Source: the human T2T-CHM13v2.0 reference genome, Homo sapiens
Length of the DNA stretch: 64,000 nucleotides
NCBI RefSeq assembly: GCF_009914755.1
Contig: NC_060934.1
Strand: one strand, 5' to 3'
Shown here: positions 27,674-43,241 of the stretch, in pieces
How the letters are laid out: each line of letters starts with the position of its first letter
Numbering within the stretch: the first letter of the stretch is position 1
Notes under the pieces: model-generated
What the model was told of the DNA's origin: nothing
Database searches by the model: none
What the model saw: only the letters and a program-made list of their open reading frames with translations
Translations under genes and position numbers: made by a program

Positions 27674-30600
27674 CAATGGAGCATCTATTTGTAAAATAAC
27701 CAATTTAGACTCAATATGATTATTTCAATGATGTTTATGTTGTATGAAAATAGCATTATTCATGGGAAAGAGCCTTTTTTCTACATCTTGACTTACACTT
27801 TGCCCCTTTCCTTCCACTATTAACTATGAAAAATAATTTATTTTGCTAGCAACTCAGGTGAAGTTTCTTTTTCTGTTTTCTTCTTTAAAAGCCTATTTAC
27901 TTACACATATTTTTTTCATTTGACAAATACTGGACACATATATACAAAGAAAAGTGCTGGATGCTAAAATCACATTAATAGTTATTTGGCTAAATGTCTT
28001 TCATTACATTAACAGATGTGGTCTTTGCCCCTTACAGACCTTATAGTCTTGTAGGAGAAAAATCAAAATGTGAAGAAATCATAATATTATGTAATTATGA
28101 AATTTGAGCAGGGCTATAAGAAAAACATATGGTGTAATACTCAGGCCTAATAGTGACATCCTCTTAGGAAAAAGATCAGGAAAGGTTTTTTTTAGGGGTT
28201 TCTTTGAAGCCAAAATATAAAGGAGGAAAAGAAGTAGCTACAAGAAAAGCAAGCTGAGAGAAAAGCAAGCCGAGAGAAGAGAGTGGAAAAAATATTGATT
28301 TATTATCCCATATGCTTTTAAAATTTCGTCCCATAATGACTTTCCAAACCAGGTGTAATTATTCCATTTTGCAGGTGAAAAATCAGAGTTTAAATAATTA
28401 GCCAACGTTAATCGATTAGGTCTTCAAGGCTGGATGCAATTCAGCCCACCCATGTATTTAGATCCAGAACTTCTTCCATTTCCACAGGAAATGTTTCTAG
28501 AGTCCACTCTCAGCAGGATCTCAGTTTATACAGATCTCTGAACTCAGTGGCCTTCAAAGTTTTCTACTTCTTGGTGTCCCTTGCTTGTATCATGGAGTCT
28601 TTGGACATCTATGTCTAAAGATCCTTAACATTAATGCTTGGGTCTTTAATGTGGTTTGGGCTATATGAATGTGGAATGTTTGATTTATATTTCTGTGAAA
28701 TTTCAGTTCAGTTTACTGTATTCAAAAGGCTGCTGACTGAAATTAATATTTTGAGGATTTTTGTGAAAGTTTCCAAACTCAGAACATGTATAGGCAGCAA
28801 CAATGGAGGCAGTGAAATGAGCAGTATTGGATATCTTACTATATGAAACATACCTTCTTAATATATGCATCCCATGAGCTTCACTGAGTTCCAGACACAG
28901 AACAGATATTCTATTTCTGTAATATGGAACACTTTTATTTTTTTAGACTATTCAGACACAATATATCATTCTAGGGTAATATTCTATTAAAACATCATAT
29001 TTCTTCACTTATGTATCATTAAACAAGTATTTATTGTGATCTAATACGATGAATTCATTCTATGTGATGTACAATTCATTATAAGAACATTAACATATAT
29101 TTGTTCAAATGGAAATGTTGAGATAATTAAGACACTGTCTCTGCTCACTTCCTACACTTAGAATAAAACTGCGTATTTAACCCTGGTGGCAGAAGATGGG
29201 CCTTCACCAATCATTACCTATTTTCCTTTGGAGAGTTTAGAATTAGACTCAGCCTTAGTTTCTTTACTTGTAAATTGGGAAGTTAATATTAATAGTTACT
29301 TGGCTAAATGGCTTCCATATTTGACACAATGCCATTTACTGTCCCTGTTGCCCTAGGCCCTAGAGCTACCACCTATGATGTGTGAATATTCATGAGGATA
29401 GAGTTAAATATGGTTTGGGCTTTTCTTAATAACTGATTGGCTTGAGATTATCTAATTTAACTGCTGTTTATGTTTCCTCATCTATAAATTATCATGATGA
29501 GCAGAAGTAATATTTTTTATTACTTATCTTGTTTTCGGTAATCAATAAACAATATTCCCTTGAGCCTCACAACAAACTTAAATTATGCATTATTATTTCA
29601 TAGATGAGAAATAATTGAATCAGGATTTTTGACTTTTATCCATCTGCCTTAACCACTATCTTATACTACCTCTCTATGATATTAAGCTTTGATACTATGA
29701 AGTTACTAGTAAGTTGGCCTTTGCCATCGCAGAATTTCCATAAAAAGCACTTACAGGATAACTTCTGAACCTACCCTGTGTGTGTGGGTGTATGTGCGTA
29801 GGATGTGTGTGTAATCATTTTATAGCTTTGAGTATTGCTTATAGGTCCCAATGCCCAGTCTACATACCTTCTCCAGGAATATTGGCACAGTACTGTCCAT
29901 GAAGGAGGTAAGATTTACATGCATACCTTGTGTACCACTTAGCAGAAATCATAAACAGGGTCACTTTCTAATCTATTCATCAAGGCTGAACCTCATTTAT
30001 GAAAGGAATATTGTTAAATCTCCAAATGACTGGGTAATATTCAGTCTGGGCTACTGAACCTAATACTATGTAGGAACACCAATCTGAAGCCTGAGCCACA
30101 GGTAAATTATTAATATTGAGTGCAAAGTGTCCTAGATCTGATATGCAGTCAAACTGACCAAGGTTGCAACTTGATTTCTCCTATATAATTATTTGATGGT
30201 CCTTGGCTAATTTCATTCCTTACTTTGGGAAATTATAAATTTCATCTGAAAACATTATTTTTCTCATTCCCATCTGTAAGAAAATTGTGAGGATTAAGTG
30301 AGATCCCATACAGACCACAAAGCATTTTGCTTGGGATAAAATATGTACTTAATATGTGTAAGTTCTTTTCCCTCTAAAAACATTCCCATTCCCTCCCTCA
30401 CAATACCTGTCCAGTCTTATTTTGAAGATCACTAGAATGTTCACTATCATTTCCCATGTCCTTAAGGTAGGAAAAAGGTTAATGTTATGAGAAGAGCTAA
30501 TAAATGACCTAGAAGCACTTTGCTATTACAAATTGCTAATATTGTATGAATCTATGATTATAGACCAGCAAGTGGAATGTGAGACATTCTTATTATACAT

Positions 30601-31593
30601 ATCATAATTCTGCACACTTCAATCAAGGCCCTTCTCACCTCTTTCTATCTAGACTAAATCATCCTAATTGGTCTGCTCTCTTGTCATGTGCAAGCTTTGC
30701 ATTATCCTTGACAATCTATGTCCCTTTTCCATCATGTTAATAAGGTTATTCACTTATTTAGAGAAAAGGCACATCTGGCTCAGGAATTGAACCTGGATTA
30801 ATGGAACTCTGCTATTTTGGATCCTGGAAATCCTTTTCTTTTTTCCATGTTAAAGAAGTCTAACATTTGTATGGAATAAATGGGGATCAGATGAATGGGA
30901 AGCATCATCATTCAAGTCCTGAGCCCATGCCAAGGCATCAGGTCTCCCTGCTTCTGGCTGACAGAGCTCATAAAGATTTCCAGCTTCCCTCCTGGGTAAA
31001 GGCAATAGCATAGAAACACACAAATACTCTGAGAAGCAGTCATAAGTCCAGCATCCCAATTCTGAATTCTATACATTTGTCCTGTAATTCTAACCTCAAC
31101 TTTTTAATCAGGCACTACCTCCATTTTAACAGAGCATATGAGAAGAGATGTGACTGATTGAAAAACAAGTAGTTCTTTTCAGCCAAGTACTCTGTTAACT
31201 ATTTTTTTTTACTAGTACAATGTCACTCTTCACTCTTTACAATAAAAATTGACTAATTCAGAGCTCTGATGAAATTTACATTTTGGGTCATACATTTCAA
31301 AGCCAAATATATTGGCCAGATTTCCAAAGCAAAGTTGTAAAAGTCTTTGTGTTACATTCTGAGCATGGAAATAAGAGTTTAAGGAAAAATAACAACTACA
31401 TTCAATTAAATAATAATATATTTACGGCAAAATGAAGCAAAGGAATGGAGTAAATTTGACATAGTATTAGAAATTAATTTCATATTATAGCGGTTATCTC
31501 TATAAGCTACTAAATATTTTTTGTCTTTTTATGAAATACTAGAAGTTACTAAATACTACTTACCTGTATGTTCAATACTATTATATGTCTATA

Positions 31594-31935
31594 CAGTCAT
31601 GCATTGCTTAATGGTGGGGATACATTCTGAGAAATGTGTCTACTGTTAGGTAATGTAATTGTTGTGCAAACAGCATAGAGTATAATTACACAAACCTACA
31701 TGGCATAGCTTACACACCTAGCCTAAATGATATAGCCTATTCCTCCTAGGCTATAAGCCTGAACAGCATACCATACTGACTCCTGTAAGTAATTGTGACT
31801 TAATGGTAAGTATTTGTGTATCTAAACATATCTAAACATAGGGTACAGTAAAAATGTAACATTATTATCTTATGGGGCTATCATTGTGTAGGTGGTCCTT
31901 TGTTGACAGAAATGTCGTTATGCAACACATGACCA
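31594..31935. mobile_element. Tigger3a/MER7A-like TcMar transposon
   Basis: TA-CAGTCATGCATTGCTTAATG..GGGATACATTCTGAGAAATG start, GTCGTTATGCAACACATGACCA-TA end; inverted termini and TA TSD. Confidence 0.88.
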
Positions 31936-32443
31936 TAATTCTACAATAGACTCTGTTCTTTCCATGGTCTAGCTATCACAGAGGCCTAGCACATAGTTGC
32001 CCAAAAGATAAACTTATGTTCAAAGATCAAGCGGTCCTACAAGATGAGTTCTCTAGAAGTGTCAGAACAGAAGAGAGAAACGTAGAAAGAAACCAAAATG
32101 ACACTTTAGACCTTTTCTTTTATAGGACAGTGTTTTTTTTTTTTTTTTCTGTATTACTGGATGGCTTAGCTTTGTAAACAATGGAAATTGACAGGGTATA
32201 AAGATAGTGAATATCTAAACATGGAGAATACCTTTTCCCTAAGAGCCATTTACTCACATAGTAAGGGTAATGGAGTCTAGAACGGTCATTCTTATTTTCC
32301 CTGAGATAATTGCTTACATTACAGGATAGAGATCTCTTTTTCTTCTCTTCAAGAGAGGATTTGTTTATGTTCCAGGGTAAAATATAAGTTCTCTCTCCTT
32401 TTCTAAAATTTTAATGTACACATTTCTCATTGCATATATTTAC

Positions 32444-32794
32444 TGTATTAGTCTGTTTTCACGCTGCTGATAAAGACATATCTGAGGCCAGGCAATTTAC
32501 AAAAGAAAGAGGTTTAATGGACTGGCAATTGCACATGGTTCGGGAGGCCTCACAATCATAGCGGAAGGCAACAAGGAGTCACGTCTTGCGTGGATGGCAG
32601 CAGGCAAAGAGAGAGAACTTGTGCAGGAGAACTCCTCTTTATAAACCATCATATCTCAGGAGACTTATTCACTATCAGGAGAACAGCACAGGAAAGACTT
32701 ACCCTCATGATTCAATCACCTCCCACCTGGTCCTTCCCACAACATGTGGGAATTCAAGATGAGATTTGGGTGAGGACACAGCCAAACCATATCA
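32444..32794 (-). mobile_element. THE1 (THE1A-like) solo LTR
   Basis: TGTATTAGTCTGTTTTCACGCTGCTGATAAAGACATA..GTGGGAATTCAAGATGAGATTTGGGTG..CAGCCAAACCATATCA; flanks atttac/attgac. Confidence 0.93.
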
Positions 32795-32829
32795 ATTGAC
32801 CAGTTATATTTCCTCTTATAGTTTATGTT

Positions 32830-32977
32830 TCTAACACAAAAATTGATAAGTGCTTGATCTGATGGATATGCTAATTACCCTTATTTGATCACTATACATT
32901 ATTTGTATCAAAACATCACTATGTATACCAAGAATATGTATAAATATTATTTATCAATTAAAAATACATAAATAAAG
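32830..32977 (+). mobile_element. L1MA/L1PB 3' terminal fragment
   Basis: GATGGATATGCTAATTACCCT..TTTGATCACTATACATT..AAACATCACTATGTA. Confidence 0.75.
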
Positions 32978-33934
32978 GTGGAAAAAAGAATTACTCAAAG
33001 TCGAGGCTGTAAAATAAAAAGATTTGCAAATTTGAAAAAAAAAAGCCTGTTCACATTACTTTCTCATTTTTCTTAAAAAGCTGTAATGATTATATATTCT
33101 GCATACTTACCCTTTATTTACATGCGTGTGTTGCAAGCATTTTCTCCTACTCTAACAGCTTGTCCTTTAACTTTGTTTATGGAATTCTCTTCCTTGTGGT
33201 TATTAAAAGAAACATTTGAAAACTTCTGGCCTAAGTGTTAACTGCATGGGCCATTTTTGTGCTCTCAAAGAGCCTGAGTGATAACATACACCACTTTCTT
33301 CACTGTATGCTCCTTTCAGCAGGACGGGGCTTCTGAGTCATGAGCACATGTTCTTTGTAGAGCACCAGCACTGCTCCACATGATAGGAAAGACTGGTCCC
33401 TAAAATATTGCTAATGGACCATGAAACTTAAACCCAACTCAATAACACTCCACTTCCGCTGCAGTCACACTTTACATAGGTATCTCTTTAGGATTTTATA
33501 GAGTGCTTTCTTTTTTGAAAAATAAATTTTTTGGGGTATATTTAAAGTTTACAACATGATATTATGGGATACATGTAGATAGTAAAATGGTTAATATACT
33601 AAAGCAGATTAACGTATGTATTATTCCAGCAGCTTTTATATACTCTAAATTTTAAAAAATTTTGGAGTTTTTCTTCTGTGGTGTGAATCCCGCTGCATTT
33701 TCAGGTGAGATGAGGCTCTCAGAGCATTTTGTTTTAGGAAGCTGAGGCATTCAATAATTATTTTACTTTGTAGTACTTAGTAGGCGCTTAAACATAAAGA
33801 TCAAGAGATTTCATGTATGTGTATATTTATAGAGAATATATAAAACTGTGATAGTCTAGCTTATGAGCATGCACACGGGGTATCTCAGACCCTTAGGTTT
33901 GGGTGTTAAAAACCTGATGACATTCTTTTTTATA

Positions 33935-34110
33935 GTTTTATTTTTTTTGTGTGGTAGAATATACATAAAATTTACCATTTAAATCATTTTACAGTGTCCA
34001 TTTGAGAGACATTTAGCATGTTTACAATGTCATGCAATCATCACTGCTATGTAATTCTAGAACATTTCCATCACCCCAGAAGAAAATCCCATAGCTATCA
34101 ACAGTCACTC
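33935..34110 (-). mobile_element. L1MB/MC 3' terminal fragment
   Basis: CATAAAATTTACCATT..GCAATCATCACT..TTCTAGAACATTTCCATCACCCCA. Confidence 0.7.
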
Positions 34111-35880
34111 ATTTATAAGAGGTGATATGGAGGCAGAAAACTCAGAACTAAACACAATGCCCAGGGATTGGCCAGCAATCTGAGATAGGATTACCCTGTC
34201 AATGCCATTTCATATCATTTCCAGAGGAAATACAAATGAAATTGACTATGTAATTGGCCCTTGTTTGACTCCTATGGCCTTCTTGTTTAGTTGGCATACT
34301 GTTATGCTATGCTGCCTTCTCTTCTCCCTCGGGTACCTAAGAACTAGAACACAGTTTTATTTCTGGACAGACTATTGTTATAGTTGTTGCCTTTTCCTGT
34401 CTCTCCTCTCGAGTAGCTAGAATAGAAAATCATGAGGGGAATTAAGAGATCCTGTTACGTGCTCTGGTGGTAGTGCTTTGCATCTTTACCCTTGAGCTCC
34501 CTTCTGGTTTCTCAAGAACCACTGAATTAAAAGTGCTAGTGGAAACTGTGGCATACCACTGCGCTGACCTTGAATAATGGAGAAAGTAGAGCTATAAACC
34601 TTGCATGCTTAAAAGATTATAGGTCAAAATGCTCCCACTCCACCGCCTCCGTACACAAACACAAAGAAATCTAATAAAAAGTAGAACTTGATTTCCATTT
34701 ATTCATCATTCACTTATTCATTCACTTTTCCATTTATTTTTTCCTTCAATTAGCAGATAGAGCCACTTAACTGTTCTATTAGCCTTGACTTTGATCCCTA
34801 TCAATCTGTTTATGCTGCTGCCAGAATGGTCTTTTCCAAATACGAATTGAATCATAGTCATTATGTCCCACCCACATTTCCCATTTCCTTGATGAAAAAT
34901 ACCCAATGGTTATCTTCTTAACATCTACACTTCCTTACAGATCTTAACATGATTTACAAGACATAATAATCTGTACCTTCATCCTGCTACTCCCAAGTGG
35001 ATTTATATGAGAACTTTCATCACATTGTATATTCATTGACAACTTGGAGTACAGTGTGGTTGCAGAGGACACGTGCAAAGAGTCATTCTCTTTGTCATCA
35101 ATATCCATATTTGAATAATTGACATCATGTTCTATATCAAATCCATCCAAAGTAAATTAAATCCAATTCTAAATGGAGAACTATTCAAATTATATGGATA
35201 TATGTGTATGTGTATATATATGTGTGTGTGTGTATGTGTGTGTGTAATAGAATGTAAAGTATATTGTTTCAAGAATATCAACCAAAAATTTATTGTCTCA
35301 CAGTTAAATGACACCTTTTATCTGCATCTCAAACCACTTTATATCCAAATATAATTTATATTCTATACTATAATAAAGAAAAATATTTGTTAATATTTTT
35401 CTCAATGCAAGTGATGGCTCATATAAAATATTGACTGAATTCTGTTGAATGAGTATTGCTTCCCTGAAGTACTTTATTGGGAAGGATTAAGATGATAATG
35501 TATTTAGGAGGAAATATCATGAGTGCTGAGGAATGGCAGCTCATATATTTATTATCCCTAGCTATGGTTTATTCTGCAAATTTTTTGAAGTTATAAAGTC
35601 TCTCATTTATTTCTCATTCTCAGCATCTGGAGACTACATAGTATAGGGACTAAGTGCTTAGTAAATTCTGTTGAATGAATTAGTAAATGAATAATTCAAT
35701 GAATAATTGAATAATATAGTAAAAAATAACGTGGTAAGAGCTATTTTTTATTCTTATTTAATCTCATGTATATAAAAATAATTTATTTTTATAAATTATT
35801 GTATAAAAAAGAATTTATTTTTATATATAAGAGTTAAACAAACAAATGAAGCACAATAATTTACAATAATTTATGTAACC

Positions 35881-36076
35881 CAGTGGAGCTCAAACCTTAG
35901 CAAGCATCAAAGTCCCCTGGAGAGCTTCTTTAAACACTCTCTAGGCCCCAGCTCCAGGGAGTGTGATGCAGTAGGTTTTGGATGGGGCCTGACAATTTAT
36001 ATTTCTAACAAGTTCCTAAGTGATACAGCAGCTGCTCCTACTGTTTCCAAGACCACAGTGGCTGTGAGAACCATTG
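35881..36076. mobile_element. MER5A
   Basis: CAGTGG..CTCAAACCTTAGC start, GGGGCCTGA..ATTTCTAACAAGTTCC, TGAGAACCATTG end; TSD atgtaacc/atatgacc. Confidence 0.85.
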
Positions 36077-37757
36077 ATATGACCAAAACCATAGATACAT
36101 TAGATACAAGGACATCCAGGAGGTCAAATTGTTTCATGGAGACACCATTTTCCTTTCTTTATCTTTTGACTCTGCTTTCCTCTGTAGTGAACTCATCTTA
36201 AGGCAAAGGTTGCTAGAAGGATCTCTTAGCACACACAGTCATTACAACTATATGTCTCAGAGGAGTAGGAGGACTCCTTTCTGAGGGTTTAAACAAAATC
36301 TCAGGGCTGATTCTGATCACCCCATGTAATTGACATCCCCATCAGATGAAACGAGAGCAGTTCCTCAAAAGGAAATTAAATGCCGTTGGGCATTTAATTA
36401 AGTAATATATCCTTTGCCCACCCTTTTGAAATTGTGCACATCAAAGCCAATGTGTGGTGCCATAGCCCTAACCATGTGTGTGAGTGTAGGGCTAAAACTG
36501 AATTAAAAGGCTACTTTCTCCCAATCCAGAGTTTCTTAGAACTTCCTATTTACCTGTGTTCTTCTCATTCTTCTCTAACATGGATCTAAAAGGTTTCCTA
36601 GATCTTACAAGAAAAATCCATCAGGATAAGATCTAAATAGTCAGGAAGATATTCATTAGGAACACTTAAAATAATTTTAGTCAAATTGAAACAGGAAACA
36701 TAAAAAATTCATTTGACTTTCTTGAACCAGAATGGCTCAGATAACTGCTGTCAAAATGGTTAATAGAAATTGCATTAAAGTGCTTTGCTTCTTTATGTAA
36801 AAATTAATAAGTGAAAGCACAATAAGAACATATGTATTTTATGGGCCAAAGGTTCTTTTTGAGGAGCTGTGTTGAATACATTGATGTAATTATTATAAGG
36901 CAGTCCACCATTTATCTCAAGATAGATATAAAAAGTTCCCCTTCCTTATCATTATAGCTGACATGGCAGTAGTGGATAATATCATATCCACGATTGCACA
37001 CTTCTCTGATTAGTTAAAATGAGTACAATGATTTTCACACATGTTGCATCCTTCCTGTAACTATATCTCCAGTCTCTTTACCCTGATAGGACAGGGGAAG
37101 AAATGGCATGGGTTGCTGATGCTGTACTTTCTGCACTCCTGGGAATCCTGAAGATACCAATTCCTCTCCTTTCCTTGCGGGATTCTGGGTTTCAAATGTT
37201 TTCTTTACATAATTTTGCTGCTGCCAGGCCCTCTGCCCTAGAGGCCCTTTTAGGTTTTGTTTTGTTTTTGTTGTTGTTGTTTTTTTCTATCAGCTGCTAT
37301 TTGTATTACCTCCTTCAGAACAACTGTATCTCATCAGGTAGCTGTGGTGAGTTTATCCCCTGTGAGAAAGTACGTGTCAGATAATCTTTGAAATAAGAGG
37401 ATCCTCACTGAGTAGAGAATTGTACAGCATCTAGTAAGGAGGCTGGTGTGATTGTCAACTTTCCCAACAGAGGGCAAGCTCCTGATCTTATGCCGGTCAC
37501 ATGTCCCACCTCCTCCAGCCAGCCTATCCAAGATTATGAAATTTTTCACTTCCCATTTTGTTTGACCATGAGTCCATCTATGTTTTCTTCTCAGATCCTA
37601 AAGGATCCTCAGAGGAATAATGACAAAAGTAGCCAGGCTCCTGAATTGAATAGTTATTATTTACCAGAGCCTAGTTTAATCCATATATATATATATATAC
37701 ACTCACACACACATCTTTTATCTTCCCAACAACCATATATGGTGGTTATTATTATTG

Positions 37758-37930
37758 TTAATATTTAATTTTTTTTTTTTATTTAGATGAGGTCTCATTC
37801 TGTTGCCTAGGCTGGAGTGCATTGGCGTGATCATAGCTCACTACAGCCTCCAACTCCTGGGCTCACTTAACCCTTCTGCCTCAGCCTTCTGAGTCACTGG
37901 GATGACAGGTGTGAGCCATTGCACCTGGCT
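37758..37930 (-). mobile_element. Free right Alu monomer (FRAM-like) inserted in a MIR
   Basis: Single antisense monomer with GATCATAGCTCACTACAGCC; TSD TGGTTATTATTATT at 37743-37756 and 37932-37945. Confidence 0.85.
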
Positions 37931-38946
37931 CTGGTTATTATTATTAGCCTCATTTTATGGTGAGGAAAGTTAGACTTGGAGAAATTATGTAATGGTCCAT
38001 AATTGGAAGAATTATGGTCAAGACCATGCTGTTTATGTTTGAGTCTATATGCTTCACTGTGGTATTATACAATCTCCCAAATAGGCTTCTGGTAGCTATA
38101 GTAATTGAGGGAGGCTAAACTGCTCTGACAGACAGCACCCCAAATGTATAGTGATTAAGAACACATAAGATTTTTTTTTTTCATGGAATCGAGGTGAAAT
38201 TCAAGGGAGGGTGGGAAATAAAGCCTAGATGAGCACCTGGAAGGAAGGGACAGCTAGTAGTCCTTAGTACAGCAACATCTGAGAGTCCATATTTTCCAAA
38301 ATGAGTATGAAAAATCGAGCCCCACTAATTTTTTAAAAAGTGAAAATAAAACCTGTAAAGGGACAGTGACCTCTAAAGGGAATAGAGTACAGTGCATGTC
38401 ACATAGGTTGATTATTAAATATCGGTTGAATGAATGAAAGAATGCAGCCCTCTCCACTTATCTCTAAATTTATACAGAATCATACATCATTTCCAGGTTT
38501 GCTCCATTTTTGTTTATAATTTCTAAACAGTATATGTTAATATGTATAATTAGACAATGTGTACATGAAGGTCTTAACAAGTACAATTTTGGTATATTCA
38601 TACAACATAGCGATTCCCATAAGTGACAAATTGAGCTAGTTAAAATAATATCCAGATGCCCCCTTTTTAAAATTTTATATGCCCAGAGGATAAAAACACA
38701 ATTTGTGAGGGTTATCTGTTTCTTCATTAAGAAGTATATTATGTGGCAAAATGTAACTTGATTTATATGGTACAATGTCACATAAATTAAGCACACAATA
38801 TGTAACTTTTTTTTCTGTGCAATGGTCTTTCTCTTTAAATAGCTCTTAGTTTGCTGCAATAAACGAATATTATGATTTCACAGGCACTGACTAAGAAAGA
38901 AATTTAATTAACATGAGTAATTTTAAAATTCATTTAAAATCTTGCA

Positions 38947-39302
<356 letters not shown>

Positions 39303-40857
39303 CTAATCAAATTCTCAATTACTGACTAACTGATGAGTTGTCATCTCTTCAGTAACAGATATTCTCTAGGTGCAATGGCTAAGGCTGACTCTCTCAACAT
39401 CCATCACACTCCATTACAAATTAGAGATTTCTTAAAACTCTGCCATTCATTTCTAATCACAAGATTTATGAAGTTATGAATTTAAGATTATGAAATTTTA
39501 AATCTTGTAAGTTTCTGTTCACAATCACACCCACCTTAGATCAGGTCCCCTTTTGTGGGTGTCTAACATGTCTGGTGTTCAACAAGACAGCATCAACAAT
39601 TGCAAAGACTCAGACTCATTATCAACACAGCGACTGCCTTTCTACCTCAGTCCCAACCACATGTATAAGAGAATGAGAGAACTCCTGCTAAGTCAGTTCC
39701 AATCAAAGCTAGAGCTGGTATTAAATAAAATCTCAGGCTGTTAATCTATCGCTAATGTGATCCCTCTTCTACATGGTGGGTAAAGTCTGGTATTAGCTGC
39801 TGTTTTTATGTCCACTGTCCAGGGGGTCAAGAATTATAAATTTTTTACCTTGTGATCGATTGGAGGTTTTTTTTTTTAAGATGAAGAAAACCAAGGCTTG
39901 AAAAAACAAAACAAAAACAAAAAACAAGAAACAAAAGAGCAACAATTCAAGTTCCTGTTTTATAAAACGAAATCATAATAATTATGCTCTTTTAACAGTC
40001 CCAATGCTTGTTCATCCAGGTTCCAGATTTATTGACTTAACAAATATTTACTTATCACATGACATTTTGAATGACATGTCTTTAAAGAGTTTTATATAGG
40101 GCATTAAGAGAAGTAAATAGGCAACTTTAATAAAAGGGGATAAATCTTTTGATAGAAGGATTGAGGAACACAGGGACAGAAAAAGAGGCAATAGGATGAG
40201 GTTCTAGAGGGGCTTAAAGATGTCTTTCTCATAAATGTGATATTTCAAATGAGGACTGAAGATAAAGAATGTTGGGGAGAATTTTCTAGGTCAGGATTTC
40301 TAAAACTTTACTTATATGCCAATCAAGTTTGTGACTTTTATCAAATTTATCTTCATTCAATATTATTATTTACTGACTAGTTATTTTTTATCAAATAATT
40401 TTTTTAAATTAAAATTATTTTGAAAGACAATTTTACGTCATTTCCATAAGAAGAAAATCAAAACCATGTTTTGTGAGCAGAAGGTATTTTGTGATAATAA
40501 GTATGTTAACACAAACATGTAATTAAACCTCAGTTAATTACTGCCGTCTGCAGATGGCTGTGAGCCTAAGACCTCCTCTTGCACACTAAAAGAAAATATT
40601 AGTAATCATAGTGTTAAGCAAACAAATTCACTTAATATGAAAGTGAGACTTTCTCACTGATGTAATCTGGTTGATTAGAAGATGAACCTTTCTAACATTG
40701 TGAGATGATTTTCAAAGCTCTGTCTGAGCATCAGTCTAACATCGTTCTTATACCACTTGTGGTACAGGTCTCAAATCTGTGGAGACTCACATGGCTGAGG
40801 CATAGAAGAGAGAAGCAATTAGGATACAGAGGCAAGAAAGAAGAGTTGGTAACCTAG

Positions 40858-41160
<303 letters not shown>

Positions 41161-41208
41161 CTAGGAATTATTTATTATAAGTTAAATATGATTTTAGGGG
41201 AGCAAAAT

Positions 41209-41935
41209 TGAAACCAACTTGGCAAAAATTATAACTGAGGGAATTGTGACAGTGAAAGAAGTCACACCCAATGGACTCCATCTTGCTTCTAACATTCACG
41301 CTGTCCTTGTTTCTTCCTGGGCATAGGCGGAACTAAATTTGGGCAGGAATTCAGTTCATCGTTTGACTCTGAAAAAAAATTGATAATAGCCCTTTCCTGA
41401 AAAGACCCACTTCTTGCCTGGGGTCCAGTCTGCCTTTGCAGGACTAACACATTAGCTACAAGTTTAGAAATTAAAATTTAGGGGTCATGCAGCCTCTGGC
41501 TCCAGGTGTCTGAATCTCCCCAAATTGCTTCTGGGGATAACAACACTATTGTAAAACCTAAGATCAGTGCTTGAAATATTTTGCAGACTCTGCACTGGAT
41601 GGATCAGCTGACACCACCCAGATCAGTAATCTGGCTCAACTTGCTCTGCCATCCTACCCAGAACAGAAAACAGCAAGAAAACCTCACTTCAACCCTGAGA
41701 GATTCCATCTCCAACCTGACCAATCAGCACTCCCCACTTCCCAAGCCCCTACCTGCCAAATTATCTTTAAAAACTGATCCTCGAATGCTCCTGGAGACTG
41801 ATTCGAATAATAATACAACTCCGGTCTCCCACACTGCCAGCTCTGCGTGAATTACTCTTTCTCCATTGCAATTTCCGTCTTAATAAACAGCCTCTCTCTA
41901 GGCCGTGGGCAAGGTGAACCCACTGAGCGGTTACA
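41209..41935 (+). mobile_element. LTR8/LTR8A solo LTR (ERV1)
   Basis: TGAAACC..GCAAAAATTATAACTGAG..GACTCCATCTTGCTTCTAAC start, GGGCAAGGTGAACCCA..GCGGTTACA end, AATAAA at 41882; 727 bp. Confidence 0.88.
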
Positions 41936-43241
41936 AATTTTCAGAATTGGAGATAGCAATGTAAAAAGTGGTCTGATCATGCAGGACTTTCAAAGCCATA
42001 TTCAGATGCTCCTTGAGGGTTACTGGTGCAGAGAGCAGCACACGTCTGGTTGAGAAGATGGCCTGGTGTGGAATGATGAGCATTTTTCCAGTGCTTCCTA
42101 ATGTACCAATCATCACTATCCCTGCTTTGGTCATGCCATAGGCCTTTGATTCATGAGCATAACTTTGTAATTCATTTATCGTCTGATGGATGCTCAAGTA
42201 AAGTATGCAGAATTAATATATTTTAAACTTGTTTTTAGGCAAAGAAGCATTATTAAGCATCAAATCATTGAAAAATGAAGGCTCTTATTTAAATCCAAAT
42301 TGGGAATATCAATAGGAAGACGACATATCTTTTTCAAGGTCAAAATGCTTATAGTAGTTACTCCTACATTGATTAAGAATGAGTTTTTCAAGTATAGAAT
42401 TTAAAAGGAAAAAGATGAGATCTGTGAATAATGCTCTTGGGAATATGGAATAGTTATGATTTATATATATTTAAGCATCTCGAGGAAAATACTGACATTT
42501 TATCCTTCTTTGAGCTATGAATTTCTTTCTAGCATAAAACTGAAAGCTCTGGACTTCATTGAAGAGAATTCTGCTACATTGTATCTTGTAAATAGTTGTG
42601 TTCTAACTGTAGGTTTTTGGTACCAAAGAGACTGGCCAGCTTCAATTTATTACCATAAGCAGATGAATATTATGGAGCATACAAATTAGCCTCATGAGCC
42701 CTACTAAGTGAAAAACAAGACTCAATAAATAGAAACTAGCTTTGTCACAGGTATGTGGTAGAGCCCTAAATTCAAAAGGGATCATCTATATGTAGGAGCA
42801 GTGGACAATTCTGAAACCTGTGGTAGAGGTTTGTAACACAAATCAGAAAGCATATTTTCATCTAAAAAGCCTTATGTTCCCTGATTATACTATATGTGCA
42901 AATGCATATGTGTGTAATAATAATCATACTTTCAAAAATATGTATTGTATACTTACTTTAAGTCACGTATTAAACAAAGCTGTCTACTTGTATTAACACA
43001 TCTATTTCTACAAATAATCTGTATCAATGGTTTTCAAACTCTTTTTGACCACAGCTTACATTGTATATGCTATTAAGGAGACACACACACAGACACACAC
43101 ACACACATCTGTTCTATTGTGGTTGAAAAAATGTTGATCTTGACCCTCGGAATTTATTATACAAACCACTCAAAGGCTAGGAAACACAGATGGAAAATCA
43201 TTACTTTAGGTAGTAAATGCTGGCATTTAAGAGTTAGACAT

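Noticed and set aside
28245-28278. 16-bp tandem AAAAGCAAGCYGAGAG x2
   Set aside because: Ordinary slippage duplication in a purine-rich, probably L2-derived tract
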